64,000 nucleotides of DNA, from NCBI GenBank assembly GCA_044351265.1, contig JBILGC010000005.1, positions 8,162-72,161 of the forward strand, written 5' to 3'. The notes beneath the pieces were generated by a model. That model had not been told where the DNA came from and ran no database searches. It saw only the letters and a list, made by a program, of their open reading frames with translations. Positions 1 to 8,180 of this stretch are shown here, one piece after another; position 1 is the stretch's first letter; each line of letters opens with the position of its first letter. The stretch is from Bacteroidia bacterium (GTDB taxonomy: Bacteria > Bacteroidota > Bacteroidia > UKL13-3). The position numbers and the translations under genes were made by a program.

Positions 1-118
1 AACCATGTAAACCACAAGCAACTCGCTGCCCGGATATGTAGTATTTGATATACGATAAACCAAACCAACATTGTGCACTTGTGCATGCCAATATAATTCT
101 CTGCACTAATTTTACTGC

Positions 119-649
119 GTGAAAAAACTATTCATCGTTGCAATTGCCTTTGTTATGGTGCTGGCATCATGCCGCAGCAAAAAACATGCAATGCATGGTT
201 TAAGTAATAGAGATAAGGCGGAGAAAAAGACTTATTTTGAAAATAAATATGGTGTTGTATTCGACAGAGAAACCAACTACAAACTTTACATGGCCATTGA
301 TGCATGGTATGGTACCCCGCACAAATTAGGTGCATGCGAAAAAAGTGGCATTGATTGCTCTTGCTTTGTGAATAGGGTTTATAAAGAAGCCTACGGTTGC
401 GAAACTCCCCGTGACACGAAGGGTTTGATGGAAGTGATTAAACAAATTGACAGAGAAAGATTAAAAGAAGGTGATTTGGTTTTCTTTACGATGAACAAGG
501 GCAATAAGGTTGACCACGTTGGCATTTATTTAACGAATGGAAAATTTGCCCATACCTCCAGCAAGAAAGGGGTAATGGTAAGCAGTTTAGACGAACCACA
601 TTTTGAGAAAGCTTTCAAAACAGGTGGCCGAATAAAGTGTGTGGGTTAG
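119..649 (+). CDS. NlpC/P60 family cell-wall peptidase lipoprotein
   Basis: Lipoprotein-type signal (VLASC). Catalytic Cys context GIDCSCFV and downstream HVGIY His are typical of C40/NlpC-P60 peptidases. Confidence 0.8.
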   Translation: MKKLFIVAIAFVMVLASCRSKKHAMHGLSNRDKAEKKTYFENKYGVVFDRETNYKLYMAIDAWYGTPHKLGACEKSGIDCSCFVNRVYKEAYGCETPRDTKGLMEVIKQIDRERLKEGDLVFFTMNKGNKVDHVGIYLTNGKFAHTSSKKGVMVSSLDEPHFEKAFKTGGRIKCVG

Positions 650-671
650 CTTATTGGTTATTTTATTAATG

Positions 672-719
672 CGGGTTTACTATTACGAGTTTTTTATTTG
701 CAATTACGGGTTTACTATT
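672..719. repeat. Direct repeat pair (~17 bp; core CGGGTTTACTATT) spaced ~35 bp
   Basis: Seen in sequence: ..AATGCGGGTTTACTATTAC.. at 671-690 and ..ATTACGGGTTTACTATTCC.. at 704-722. Lies in a convergent intergenic region. Confidence 0.5.
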
Positions 720-864
720 CCTTGTTTGATAGTATAGGTTCATTATTGATTGGAGGTTAAAGGCTAGAGGATTAAAAGATTTAAACTTCACGCGATTCTT
801 CATTCAACATTTTGCTGTGTTTCAGTGTCTCTATGGTTTTATTGATTGGAAGGCAACAAAGTTG

Positions 865-910
865 GAAAGTTACAAGGTTAGAAAGTTACAGGGTTAGTCA
901 GAAGGTTGGG
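865..910. repeat. Tandem 16-bp repeat (GAAAGTTACARGGTTA x2 plus a degenerate third copy)
   Basis: Seen in sequence: GAAAGTTACAAGGTTA, then GAAAGTTACAGGGTTA, then GTCAGAAGGTTGGG. Confidence 0.5.
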
Positions 911-1034
911 CAGATTAATATTTTCAGTAACTCAAAATTGATCTTCGCTCGACTCTCTTCACGTTTCTATATTTCTTATTAAATGCAATTCAATAGGCAG
1001 GAATCACTAAATACCAAAAAATAAGTCTTAAGTA

Positions 1035-2198
1035 TTAGTCTTCCTGATACGCTTCTTCTGCAAAAACGGGTGCGTTGTATTGTTCTAATGCTGTGTTTTT
1101 ATTTTCTTCAAGATTCACTGCATATCTGAGTCCGGCACCTTTACCAATAACCTTCACCAAATTTTGGTCAACAAGGGCGGTAAAATCTCTTTGTATGGTT
1201 TTTCTGTTGCAATCAAACTCACTCACCAAATCTTTTGTAGAAATAAAGCCTTTATGCTGTATAATATACATGATGAGTTTTTGGCGCTTGTTTAAAATGC
1301 TTTCATCTATTTCCCTTAACCTGTAACCACGCTCAAAAACATAGTTCATAATATTTTTTTGACGCGCATTTAATTGTTCAAAATCTATTTGCTTTCTGAA
1401 ATAGGAGCGAAGCAATAATTTAAGACGGTTTAGTTGTGCTGCATACAAATCAGTGCCAAAGTCAAGTTCAGCCTGCATACTGTTTACATTTTCCTGCGGA
1501 GCATCTATGCGGTTTTCAATAAAGTAGTTTTGGTAATCATTCTTATTCAGATATAACTCATGCTCAATGCTAATCAATCCCAGCAAATCCATTCCTTTTT
1601 TTCTAAGCCAAAAGTTCTGAAGCAGTGATGCTATTTTGCTTTTTGCCTCAGAGAAAATACGAGTATTGAGTAATTTAAAATGTAAAATCCATGATTGAAT
1701 AATGGGGTGTTGCTCTTCATCCTGATTCAGATATTCAAATAGGCTCTCCAGTTCAAGCTCAGCTGTTGGACTTAGCTTTTCCGGACTGCGCAGGCTATTT
1801 ACGGAGAATAGGTTTACATCTTCACGGTTATTATATAAATCAAGTATTAGCAGTTTTTGAAGCTGATAAAGCATAGATACATGTAAAGGCTGGTCTAATT
1901 GCGAATCAAGCCAAGCCTCCGCTTTCATATATTGTTCCACTCCTCTTTCTGCTAAACCTTTCGGCCTCATTTTACCCTGAACGATATATTTTACTGTTTT
2001 GATATCAATGATGTTGTGATCAAGTGCATTGGCGTAATAGGTGCGAAGGATACGAGAGTTTTGCTGCTCTATCTGCCTGATATGATCAGGCAAATCAATG
2101 AAGTCATGTATTTTGATGAGCTCTTCATGCTGATGAAAACAATCATAGTGTTTTGCATCAATAGCTATGGCCGGCTCAAACTTATTGATTAATATCAC
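1035..2198 (-). CDS. Fic/Doc-like protein with degenerate active-site motif and C-terminal winged-HTH (DeoR-like)
   Basis: Region HPIIQSWILHFKLLNTRIFSEAKSKIASLL aligns to the Fic core (HPFxDGNGRxxR) but lacks the His and the GNGR. The C-terminus (..ISTKDLVSEFDCNRKTIQRDFTALVDQNLVKVIGKGAGLRY) looks like a wHTH. Confidence 0.5.
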   Translation of the reverse strand: MILINKFEPAIAIDAKHYDCFHQHEELIKIHDFIDLPDHIRQIEQQNSRILRTYYANALDHNIIDIKTVKYIVQGKMRPKGLAERGVEQYMKAEAWLDSQLDQPLHVSMLYQLQKLLILDLYNNREDVNLFSVNSLRSPEKLSPTAELELESLFEYLNQDEEQHPIIQSWILHFKLLNTRIFSEAKSKIASLLQNFWLRKKGMDLLGLISIEHELYLNKNDYQNYFIENRIDAPQENVNSMQAELDFGTDLYAAQLNRLKLLLRSYFRKQIDFEQLNARQKNIMNYVFERGYRLREIDESILNKRQKLIMYIIQHKGFISTKDLVSEFDCNRKTIQRDFTALVDQNLVKVIGKGAGLRYAVNLEENKNTALEQYNAPVFAEEAYQED

Positions 2199-2378
2199 TC
2201 ATCCAAAAGTACACGCATTATGCATGTTGTGCAGACTAAGTACCTCTCAAACAGTTGTGGATATTGGCATTTTAAAGATAGGTAAGGTTTAACAACTTCT
2301 TAAGATGCCCGAAAACATTAAGAAAAACGCGATTCAAAAAAATAGACAGGCCTCTAAAATAGCTGTGAATAATTGCTG

Positions 2379-3914
2379 TTATAAGGTTTCTAGCGTTTGC
2401 AGATAATGCTCTGCTTGCTTAAAGATCTCCTGCCTTTCTGCACTGGCCATTTTATTCAAGACCTGATACATCATAGAAATACGTTGATTGTTGCTTAACA
2501 GGTTTCTGTTGCGCTCATAAAAATGCCAGTATAAACTGTTAAACGGACAGGCTTTATCGCCATATTTTTTCTTCTTGTCATAATAGCAACTCTTGCAGTA
2601 ATCGCCCATCTTATCAATGTAGTTGGCAGAGGAAATATAGGGCTTACTACCTACTATTCCCCCATCGGCAAACTGACTCATGCCTCGTGTATTGGTTATT
2701 TCAACCCATTGCAGCGCGTCTATATAAATACCCAAATACCATTGGTCTACCTCATCCGGATGTATACCGGCAAGCAGAGCAAAATTACCTGTTACCATCA
2801 ATCGTTGTATATGATGTGCGTACGCGTTTTGCAAACTATTATTTACCGCCTGCTTCACACAGTTCATATTGGTTTCTCCGGTCCAGAAATAGGCAGGTAG
2901 TCGGGTTGAATGATTGAAGAAGTTAAGTGTTTCATAAGCCGGCATTTTCCACCAATAAATTCCCCTCATGTATTCGCGCCATCCGATGATTTGCCTCACA
3001 AATCCTTCTATCTGTGGTAGGCTAATGTGTTCCGTATTTTTTCTCCAAGCTTCAACTGCTGCATGAACAACTTCTGCAGGAGAGATCATTTTTGTATTAA
3101 GTGCAAACGATAAGCGTGAATGAAATAGAAAAGGTTCCTGAACAGACATGGCATCCTGATAAGTGCCAAAGTAGGGCAAAATGTGCTTAACAAAATAGTC
3201 AAGCAAGGCTAGAGACTGTTGTCGCGAAACCGGCCAAAGAAATGCTTGAGGTTGAATATCGCCTAGATACTTTGCGCCACATTTTTTTATTTCCTCTATT
3301 ATCTGAGAAACATCATTTTTTACCAAATTATAAGCAGGTGCAGTGGGTTGGCCAGACCATTTTTTTCGGTTTTCAGCATCATAGTTCCATTTACCGCCAA
3401 TGGGCTCTGTGCCATCCATCAGTATACCATATTGTTTTCTGATTTGCCTGTAAAATGTTTCCATTAGAATTTGCTTCTTGCCTTCAAACAATTCTTTTAC
3501 CTGCATGCGGGTACTCATAAAATGTTCGGTATCAAAAGAGCTGTAAGGGATGGTAAGGCTTTCGCAAATTAGCCGAAGTTGTTCATCAACACGCCATTCA
3601 TCAGGCAGCTGATATTGAAATTCCTGTACACGATATTGCTTAATTAGCTGAGATAAATTTTCCGATAGTATATGTTTATTGGAAGGATCATTGATGGTAT
3701 AATAAATTACCTGATGACCTGCTTGTTCAAGATTTTGGGCAAAGTTGCGCATGGCCGCAAAAAATCCTGTAAGCTTTTGTATGTGATGCGTTACATAATC
3801 TGTTTCCTGCCGCATCTCAAACAGGCAGTAAATATGTTCATCGTTTACTTCACCAAACCAACTGTGGTTTTGATTTAACTGGTCTCCCAGCAACAATCTG
3901 AGCTTTTTTGCCAT
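2379..3914 (-). CDS. FeS-BCP family cryptochrome/(6-4) photolyase-like protein (COG3046, PhrB/CryB-like)
   Basis: N-terminal MAKKLRLLLGDQLN..HSWF is typical of COG3046. The C-terminal Cys triad C-x2-C-x12-C (CKSCYYDKKKKYGDKAC) matches the [4Fe-4S] ligand spacing of PhrB, and an upstream Cys is also present. Confidence 0.8.
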   Translation of the reverse strand: MAKKLRLLLGDQLNQNHSWFGEVNDEHIYCLFEMRQETDYVTHHIQKLTGFFAAMRNFAQNLEQAGHQVIYYTINDPSNKHILSENLSQLIKQYRVQEFQYQLPDEWRVDEQLRLICESLTIPYSSFDTEHFMSTRMQVKELFEGKKQILMETFYRQIRKQYGILMDGTEPIGGKWNYDAENRKKWSGQPTAPAYNLVKNDVSQIIEEIKKCGAKYLGDIQPQAFLWPVSRQQSLALLDYFVKHILPYFGTYQDAMSVQEPFLFHSRLSFALNTKMISPAEVVHAAVEAWRKNTEHISLPQIEGFVRQIIGWREYMRGIYWWKMPAYETLNFFNHSTRLPAYFWTGETNMNCVKQAVNNSLQNAYAHHIQRLMVTGNFALLAGIHPDEVDQWYLGIYIDALQWVEITNTRGMSQFADGGIVGSKPYISSANYIDKMGDYCKSCYYDKKKKYGDKACPFNSLYWHFYERNRNLLSNNQRISMMYQVLNKMASAERQEIFKQAEHYLQTLETL

Positions 3915-3932
3915 TTGCTCTCTCTTTATTGT

Positions 3933-4544
3933 TTAGGGCTTGGCATAAGGCAGTTCTGCAATTTTAGATAGGCGGTAATATGTTTCCAATCCGCCTGCTC
4001 CAATGCTGCCGCTATTTTCCAGTTGCAAAATATTGGATTCGTTTACAACAGCATGCTCCAGTATAATTTCTTGCACTTTACCTATAATCAGAATGGTTCC
4101 GTTTGATTTAACAGGAATTTCTTCTTCAAATGTTAGCCCTATTTTTACAACAGATTCTTTTACATAAGGAGCTTTTATGGCTGATGTAAATTCCGGTGTG
4201 AGCCCTGTTGCTTCAAACTCACTGATGGCATAACGAGCAGAAGTTTGATGAGCCTGTCTGTAAATTCCTTCATGCACATGATTAATGGTGAAGCAACCTG
4301 TTTGTTTGAGGTATTCGTAGGTATGTCGTTCAACACTAACCGGACGCATAATAAATCCCATAAGCGGAGGATTGGCACCGATATGCACGACAGAATTGAA
4401 AATAGCCAGATTGGTAATGCCGTCCTTATTGATGGTACCTATAAGATTGGCTGCGCGGATTCCGGGCAATGAATTAATTAAATTGGTTCTGGGTTGTTTA
4501 TCCATTCCCAATACATCTGATAAGGTAAGTATGGTTCTGCTCAT
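3933..4544 (-). CDS. Flavin reductase-like FMN-binding domain protein
   Basis: Flavin_Reduct-like sequence (SRTILTLSDVLGMDKQPRTNLINSLPG..GANPPLMGFIMRPVSVERHTYEYLKQTGCFTINHV). Start moved to internal Met (MSRTIL) so it does not overlap the upstream SDR stop. Confidence 0.7.
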   Translation of the reverse strand: MSRTILTLSDVLGMDKQPRTNLINSLPGIRAANLIGTINKDGITNLAIFNSVVHIGANPPLMGFIMRPVSVERHTYEYLKQTGCFTINHVHEGIYRQAHQTSARYAISEFEATGLTPEFTSAIKAPYVKESVVKIGLTFEEEIPVKSNGTILIIGKVQEIILEHAVVNESNILQLENSGSIGAGGLETYYRLSKIAELPYAKP

Positions 4545-4551
4545 GAATATT

Positions 4552-5238
4552 TTATCTAATGGCCTGCATGCCACCATCAACTGAAATAATTTGACCTGTA
4601 ATCCAATTGGCATTTATGAGAAACAAGGCTGCATCTGCTATATCATCAGGGCTGCCAATCTTTTTCAGCGGATGTCTTTCTTCTGCAGCTTTAATTTTTG
4701 CTTCGGCATTTAAGAGTTTTTCTGCCAGAGGTGTTTGTGTAAGCGATGGGGCAATAGCATTCACCCTTATTTTAGGTGCGAACTCGGCAGCAAGGCTTCT
4801 GGTTAGGCCTTCAATGGCGCCTTTTGCTGCACTGATGCTTGCATGAAATGGCATACCTGTTTGCACGGCAACCGTACTAAACAAAGTAATGCTTGGTGAT
4901 TCTGCCTGTTGCAACAGCGATAAATAATGGCGCATAGTTTTAATGGCTCCCAGCAAATTGATATTCCAATCGTTTAAAAAATCCTCATTTTTTAATGAGC
5001 GAAATGGTTTGAGTGAAATGGTGCCGGGACAGTAAATCATGGCATCAATGGGTTTATCTATTGAAGGAAAATCCGGATTGTCTTGTGCTATATCAACTTT
5101 AAAGTGATTTATACTGCTTCCTGTGTTTAGGTTTCCGGTGTTTCTGGAAAGTGCTGAAATTTCATGTGTTATGCTCAGCTTTTGGGCAAGTGCACCACCA
5201 ATGCCACTGCTTGCTCCTACAATTAATGCATGTTTCAT
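4552..5238 (-). CDS. Short-chain dehydrogenase/reductase (SDR) family oxidoreductase
   Basis: TGxxxGxG-type NAD(P) motif ALIVGASSGIGGALAQKL and the LTRSLAAE signature. The usual YxxxK appears as ISAAK, so the catalytic Tyr may be substituted. Start taken at MKHALIV. Confidence 0.75.
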   Translation of the reverse strand: MKHALIVGASSGIGGALAQKLSITHEISALSRNTGNLNTGSSINHFKVDIAQDNPDFPSIDKPIDAMIYCPGTISLKPFRSLKNEDFLNDWNINLLGAIKTMRHYLSLLQQAESPSITLFSTVAVQTGMPFHASISAAKGAIEGLTRSLAAEFAPKIRVNAIAPSLTQTPLAEKLLNAEAKIKAAEERHPLKKIGSPDDIADAALFLINANWITGQIISVDGGMQAIR

Positions 5239-5258
5239 GTGTAAGTAACATCCTTTAT

Positions 5259-6398
5259 TTAAAAAGGTTTGCCATGTGTTTTGCCGATGAGCCACTGCGT
5301 TACGAAGGGCATAGGCTTAAGCGCTGAAATGGTTAGGTTGGTTAGCAGAGGGTTACCAAATAATCCTTGAATAAAACGACCTGCTTTAAGCCTACCAGCA
5401 AATTCTCTGTTCCATGCTTCATGGTATGCTGCTGTCAGTTCTTTTTTATTGCCATTGGGTTGTTTGTATTGTTTTACTAAGTCGGCAAGTATATGGGAAG
5501 CATGCATGGCCATGCTCATGCCGTTTCCGCATAAGGGAGTAATTAGCCCGGCTGAATCGCCTGCAAACAAAAGATTACCTGCATGGCTGCTTTTCTTTTC
5601 AAAGCTAATCTGTGAAATAACCAGTGGCTTATCATATAAAAAGCGTGCACGCTTAAAAATCAATTTCAAAAAAGGATTTTTGTATAGTACCTCTTCTTCC
5701 ATTTGATGAATATCTCCATTTCTATTTTTAAGTTGGGTTGCAGTGGTGAGGTAACACAAGCAAAACTGATTATTTTCTATTTTTGAAATACCGCAATAGC
5801 CATTTTGGAAATTATGCAATGAAATGCGGAATTCCGGCTCATCTATTTCAATATGATATTTTACGCCAATAAAGTCATTTAGCTTGCGCTGGGTAGGATG
5901 TATAAAGGAGCGATTTAGTTTTACATCCAAATTGGCGCGTTTACCCCAGGAGCCAAAAACAAGTTTTGCATCGTAAACTTCTTGTGTGGTTCTCAACTCA
6001 TGTATATGTTCTTTTTCACACACATCTGTTACCCTTGTATTGCATTTAACACTCACCCCGATTGAGAGTGCTTTTTTATATAACAGATTATCTAAAGTAA
6101 ATCTGCTGATGCCAAAACCGCCCTGATAAAGCGGCTGTGTTAAATAATTGCCTGATGGTGCCGATACCAGTAATTCATTTATGCGCGGAAGTTGCATTGC
6201 TTGAAGCGGAATGCCAAGGCGCTCTAAAAATGGCCAGCTTTCCATGCTGATGTACTCACCGCAAACTTTATGAAACGGATAGTTTTCTTTTTCAAACAAT
6301 ATGGTTTGTAGTCCTTGATGCTGCAGTTGCATGGCAAGCGTTAAACCGGCAAGTCCTCCGCCAATAATGGCAGCATCATATGTTATATGCGCACTCAT
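5259..6398 (-). CDS. FAD-dependent oxidoreductase (geranylgeranyl-reductase/FixC-like flavoprotein; possible hydroxylase)
   Basis: Dinucleotide fold YDAAIIGGGLAGLTLAMQL and a FHKVCGEYIS motif typical of the COG0644 family. The start at MSAHITY overlaps the upstream stop as ATGA. Confidence 0.75.
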   Translation of the reverse strand: MSAHITYDAAIIGGGLAGLTLAMQLQHQGLQTILFEKENYPFHKVCGEYISMESWPFLERLGIPLQAMQLPRINELLVSAPSGNYLTQPLYQGGFGISRFTLDNLLYKKALSIGVSVKCNTRVTDVCEKEHIHELRTTQEVYDAKLVFGSWGKRANLDVKLNRSFIHPTQRKLNDFIGVKYHIEIDEPEFRISLHNFQNGYCGISKIENNQFCLCYLTTATQLKNRNGDIHQMEEEVLYKNPFLKLIFKRARFLYDKPLVISQISFEKKSSHAGNLLFAGDSAGLITPLCGNGMSMAMHASHILADLVKQYKQPNGNKKELTAAYHEAWNREFAGRLKAGRFIQGLFGNPLLTNLTISALKPMPFVTQWLIGKTHGKPF

Positions 6399-7108
6399 TG
6401 ATTTGCACCTGGAATTAGCACAATCCATCTAAAAGCCCATTTCCATTTAAGAGTATAGTGAGGGATGTGAGTTGCTTTAAGAATATATTGCCAATCCTGC
6501 TTTTTAAAACCACGCAGTACCGATAATGGCGCATCGTTTTTAACAAGGTATGAATGTGAGAATAGGCGTGTGAGCCAAGCAATGCTAAAGTAAGCAAGTG
6601 GGTGGCGGTGCAGATCATTAATGATAACGGCCTGCTTTGCCATTTTAACAGACCAACTGATTAGCGCTGAGGTTTCCTCATTAGATAAGTGATGACAAAA
6701 CAATGCATTCACCACAATATCAACTTCCATGTTTTCACTTAGTAGATTTTTATAATCTTCCCTAATAAAGCTTATTTCCGGGTATCCGGTACAGGCTTGT
6801 TTTGCATAGGCAATACAATCTTGTTTTAGATCAACACCTGTTAGTTTCACATTTAGATTTTTTCTGCGTGCCCAGCTTGCAATGGCCTTTAAGGTGTCGC
6901 CACCTCCGCATCCAATATCTAGGATATGAATGGTTTTATTGGTCGGTAGAGACAATTCATTAAGTGCAGCAATGGTAGCAGCATGGCCACCCAAACGGGT
7001 GTTGATGATGTCCAGTTCAAGCAAATTTCTGTGCAGCGCATCTACCGGGATATCGAAAGCATCTAGCAATTCTTTTTGTTTGGAGCGGCTATTAAACATG
7101 TTTTTCAA
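6395..7108 (-). CDS. Class I SAM-dependent methyltransferase
   Basis: Motif I ILDIGCGGGDTL and an acidic post-I residue region. The start overlaps the PKS stop by 17 nt. Confidence 0.8.
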   Translation of the reverse strand: MKNMFNSRSKQKELLDAFDIPVDALHRNLLELDIINTRLGGHAATIAALNELSLPTNKTIHILDIGCGGGDTLKAIASWARRKNLNVKLTGVDLKQDCIAYAKQACTGYPEISFIREDYKNLLSENMEVDIVVNALFCHHLSNEETSALISWSVKMAKQAVIINDLHRHPLAYFSIAWLTRLFSHSYLVKNDAPLSVLRGFKKQDWQYILKATHIPHYTLKWKWAFRWIVLIPGANQ

Positions 7109-8180
7109 ATAAAAAACTTTCCATGGTTAAACCGGGACCGAAGGCTACGCCAAAGGCTTTTCCTGATTGATTGGATTGAAGCAATTTTTTGAGCACAAAT
7201 AAAATGGTAGCACTGCTCATATTGCCATAATTGCGCAATACTTCATAAGAGGCTTGTAACGCTTGCTTAGGCAAGTTTAGTTGTGATTGAATGACATCTA
7301 GGATTTTTCTTCCACCCGGATGTATTGCCCACAAGGTGATATCTGACAAAGATAAGCTGCCCTTAAGGCAATGATTAAATAGCGTTTCAATATGCTGCTC
7401 AATTAATGAAGGTATATATGCACTGAGCGTCATTAAAAATCCTTCTGATGAAATGTGCCAGGCCATATCTTTTTCTCCATTTGTAATGAGCTCACTGTAA
7501 AAGTCATTCAATCCAAAATATGGTGTGTTGCATGCATTCAGGTATGCATCTCCGGCAATTATGCAAGCTGCTGCACCATCAGCAAATATGGCATTGGCTG
7601 TTAGATTATCTGCTGTGGGTTGCTTTTGGAAATGTAAGGTGCACAACTCAACAGATACTATGAGAACCAGCGCATCTTTACTGGCAGTGCAAATAGCATG
7701 AGCCTGCTTAAAGGCGTGTATCATGGCATAGCACCCCATAAAGTTTACAGATGTGCGGTTAATGGTAGTAGGTAGTTTCAGTTTTTTTACCAATTCAATG
7801 TCTAAACCCGGTGCCGACATACCTGTGCATGAAACGGTAATGAGATGGGTAAATCTTTTGCTGGTATCATCAGGTAAATCATGCAAACAGTTATGAACTG
7901 CTTGCTCTGCCAATGATACCGCATTGCTTTGATAGCAAGCTAAACGGGTATCTATATCTGGTTGAAGATTGCATTTAAATAATATTTTAGACTCATAATC
8001 ACTATTAAAGTCGGGCAATACGCTATAGCGATATTCAATTCCGCTTCGCTGATACATGAGATTTAAACGCTGTAAATCTGTTTCCTCGGGGGTGTACTGC
8101 GCCTGCATAAAGGATAGTATATCAGCCTGACTATGCTTATAGGGTGGCAATGCTGTATCTATTGACCAAATGAAACTCAT
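7092..8180 (-). CDS. Type III polyketide synthase (chalcone/stilbene synthase superfamily; alkylresorcinol/alkylpyrone synthase-like)
   Basis: Catalytic triad contexts are visible: Cys in FMGCYAMIHAF, His in WAIHPGGRKILD, Asn in NYGNMSSATILFVL. C-terminal GPGLTMESFLFE. Start set at MSFIWSID, overlapping the UbiA stop. Confidence 0.85.
   Translation of the reverse strand: MSFIWSIDTALPPYKHSQADILSFMQAQYTPEETDLQRLNLMYQRSGIEYRYSVLPDFNSDYESKILFKCNLQPDIDTRLACYQSNAVSLAEQAVHNCLHDLPDDTSKRFTHLITVSCTGMSAPGLDIELVKKLKLPTTINRTSVNFMGCYAMIHAFKQAHAICTASKDALVLIVSVELCTLHFQKQPTADNLTANAIFADGAAACIIAGDAYLNACNTPYFGLNDFYSELITNGEKDMAWHISSEGFLMTLSAYIPSLIEQHIETLFNHCLKGSLSLSDITLWAIHPGGRKILDVIQSQLNLPKQALQASYEVLRNYGNMSSATILFVLKKLLQSNQSGKAFGVAFGPGLTMESFLFEKHV

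Noticed and set aside
1075-1326. Plus-strand ORFs nested antisense in the Fic-like, photolyase and flavin-reductase genes (1075-1326, 2687-2917, 3242-3442, 3672-3878, 4245-4584)
   Set aside because: They are fully contained in the opposite strand of better-supported genes. They have no recognisable motifs and no independent start context.
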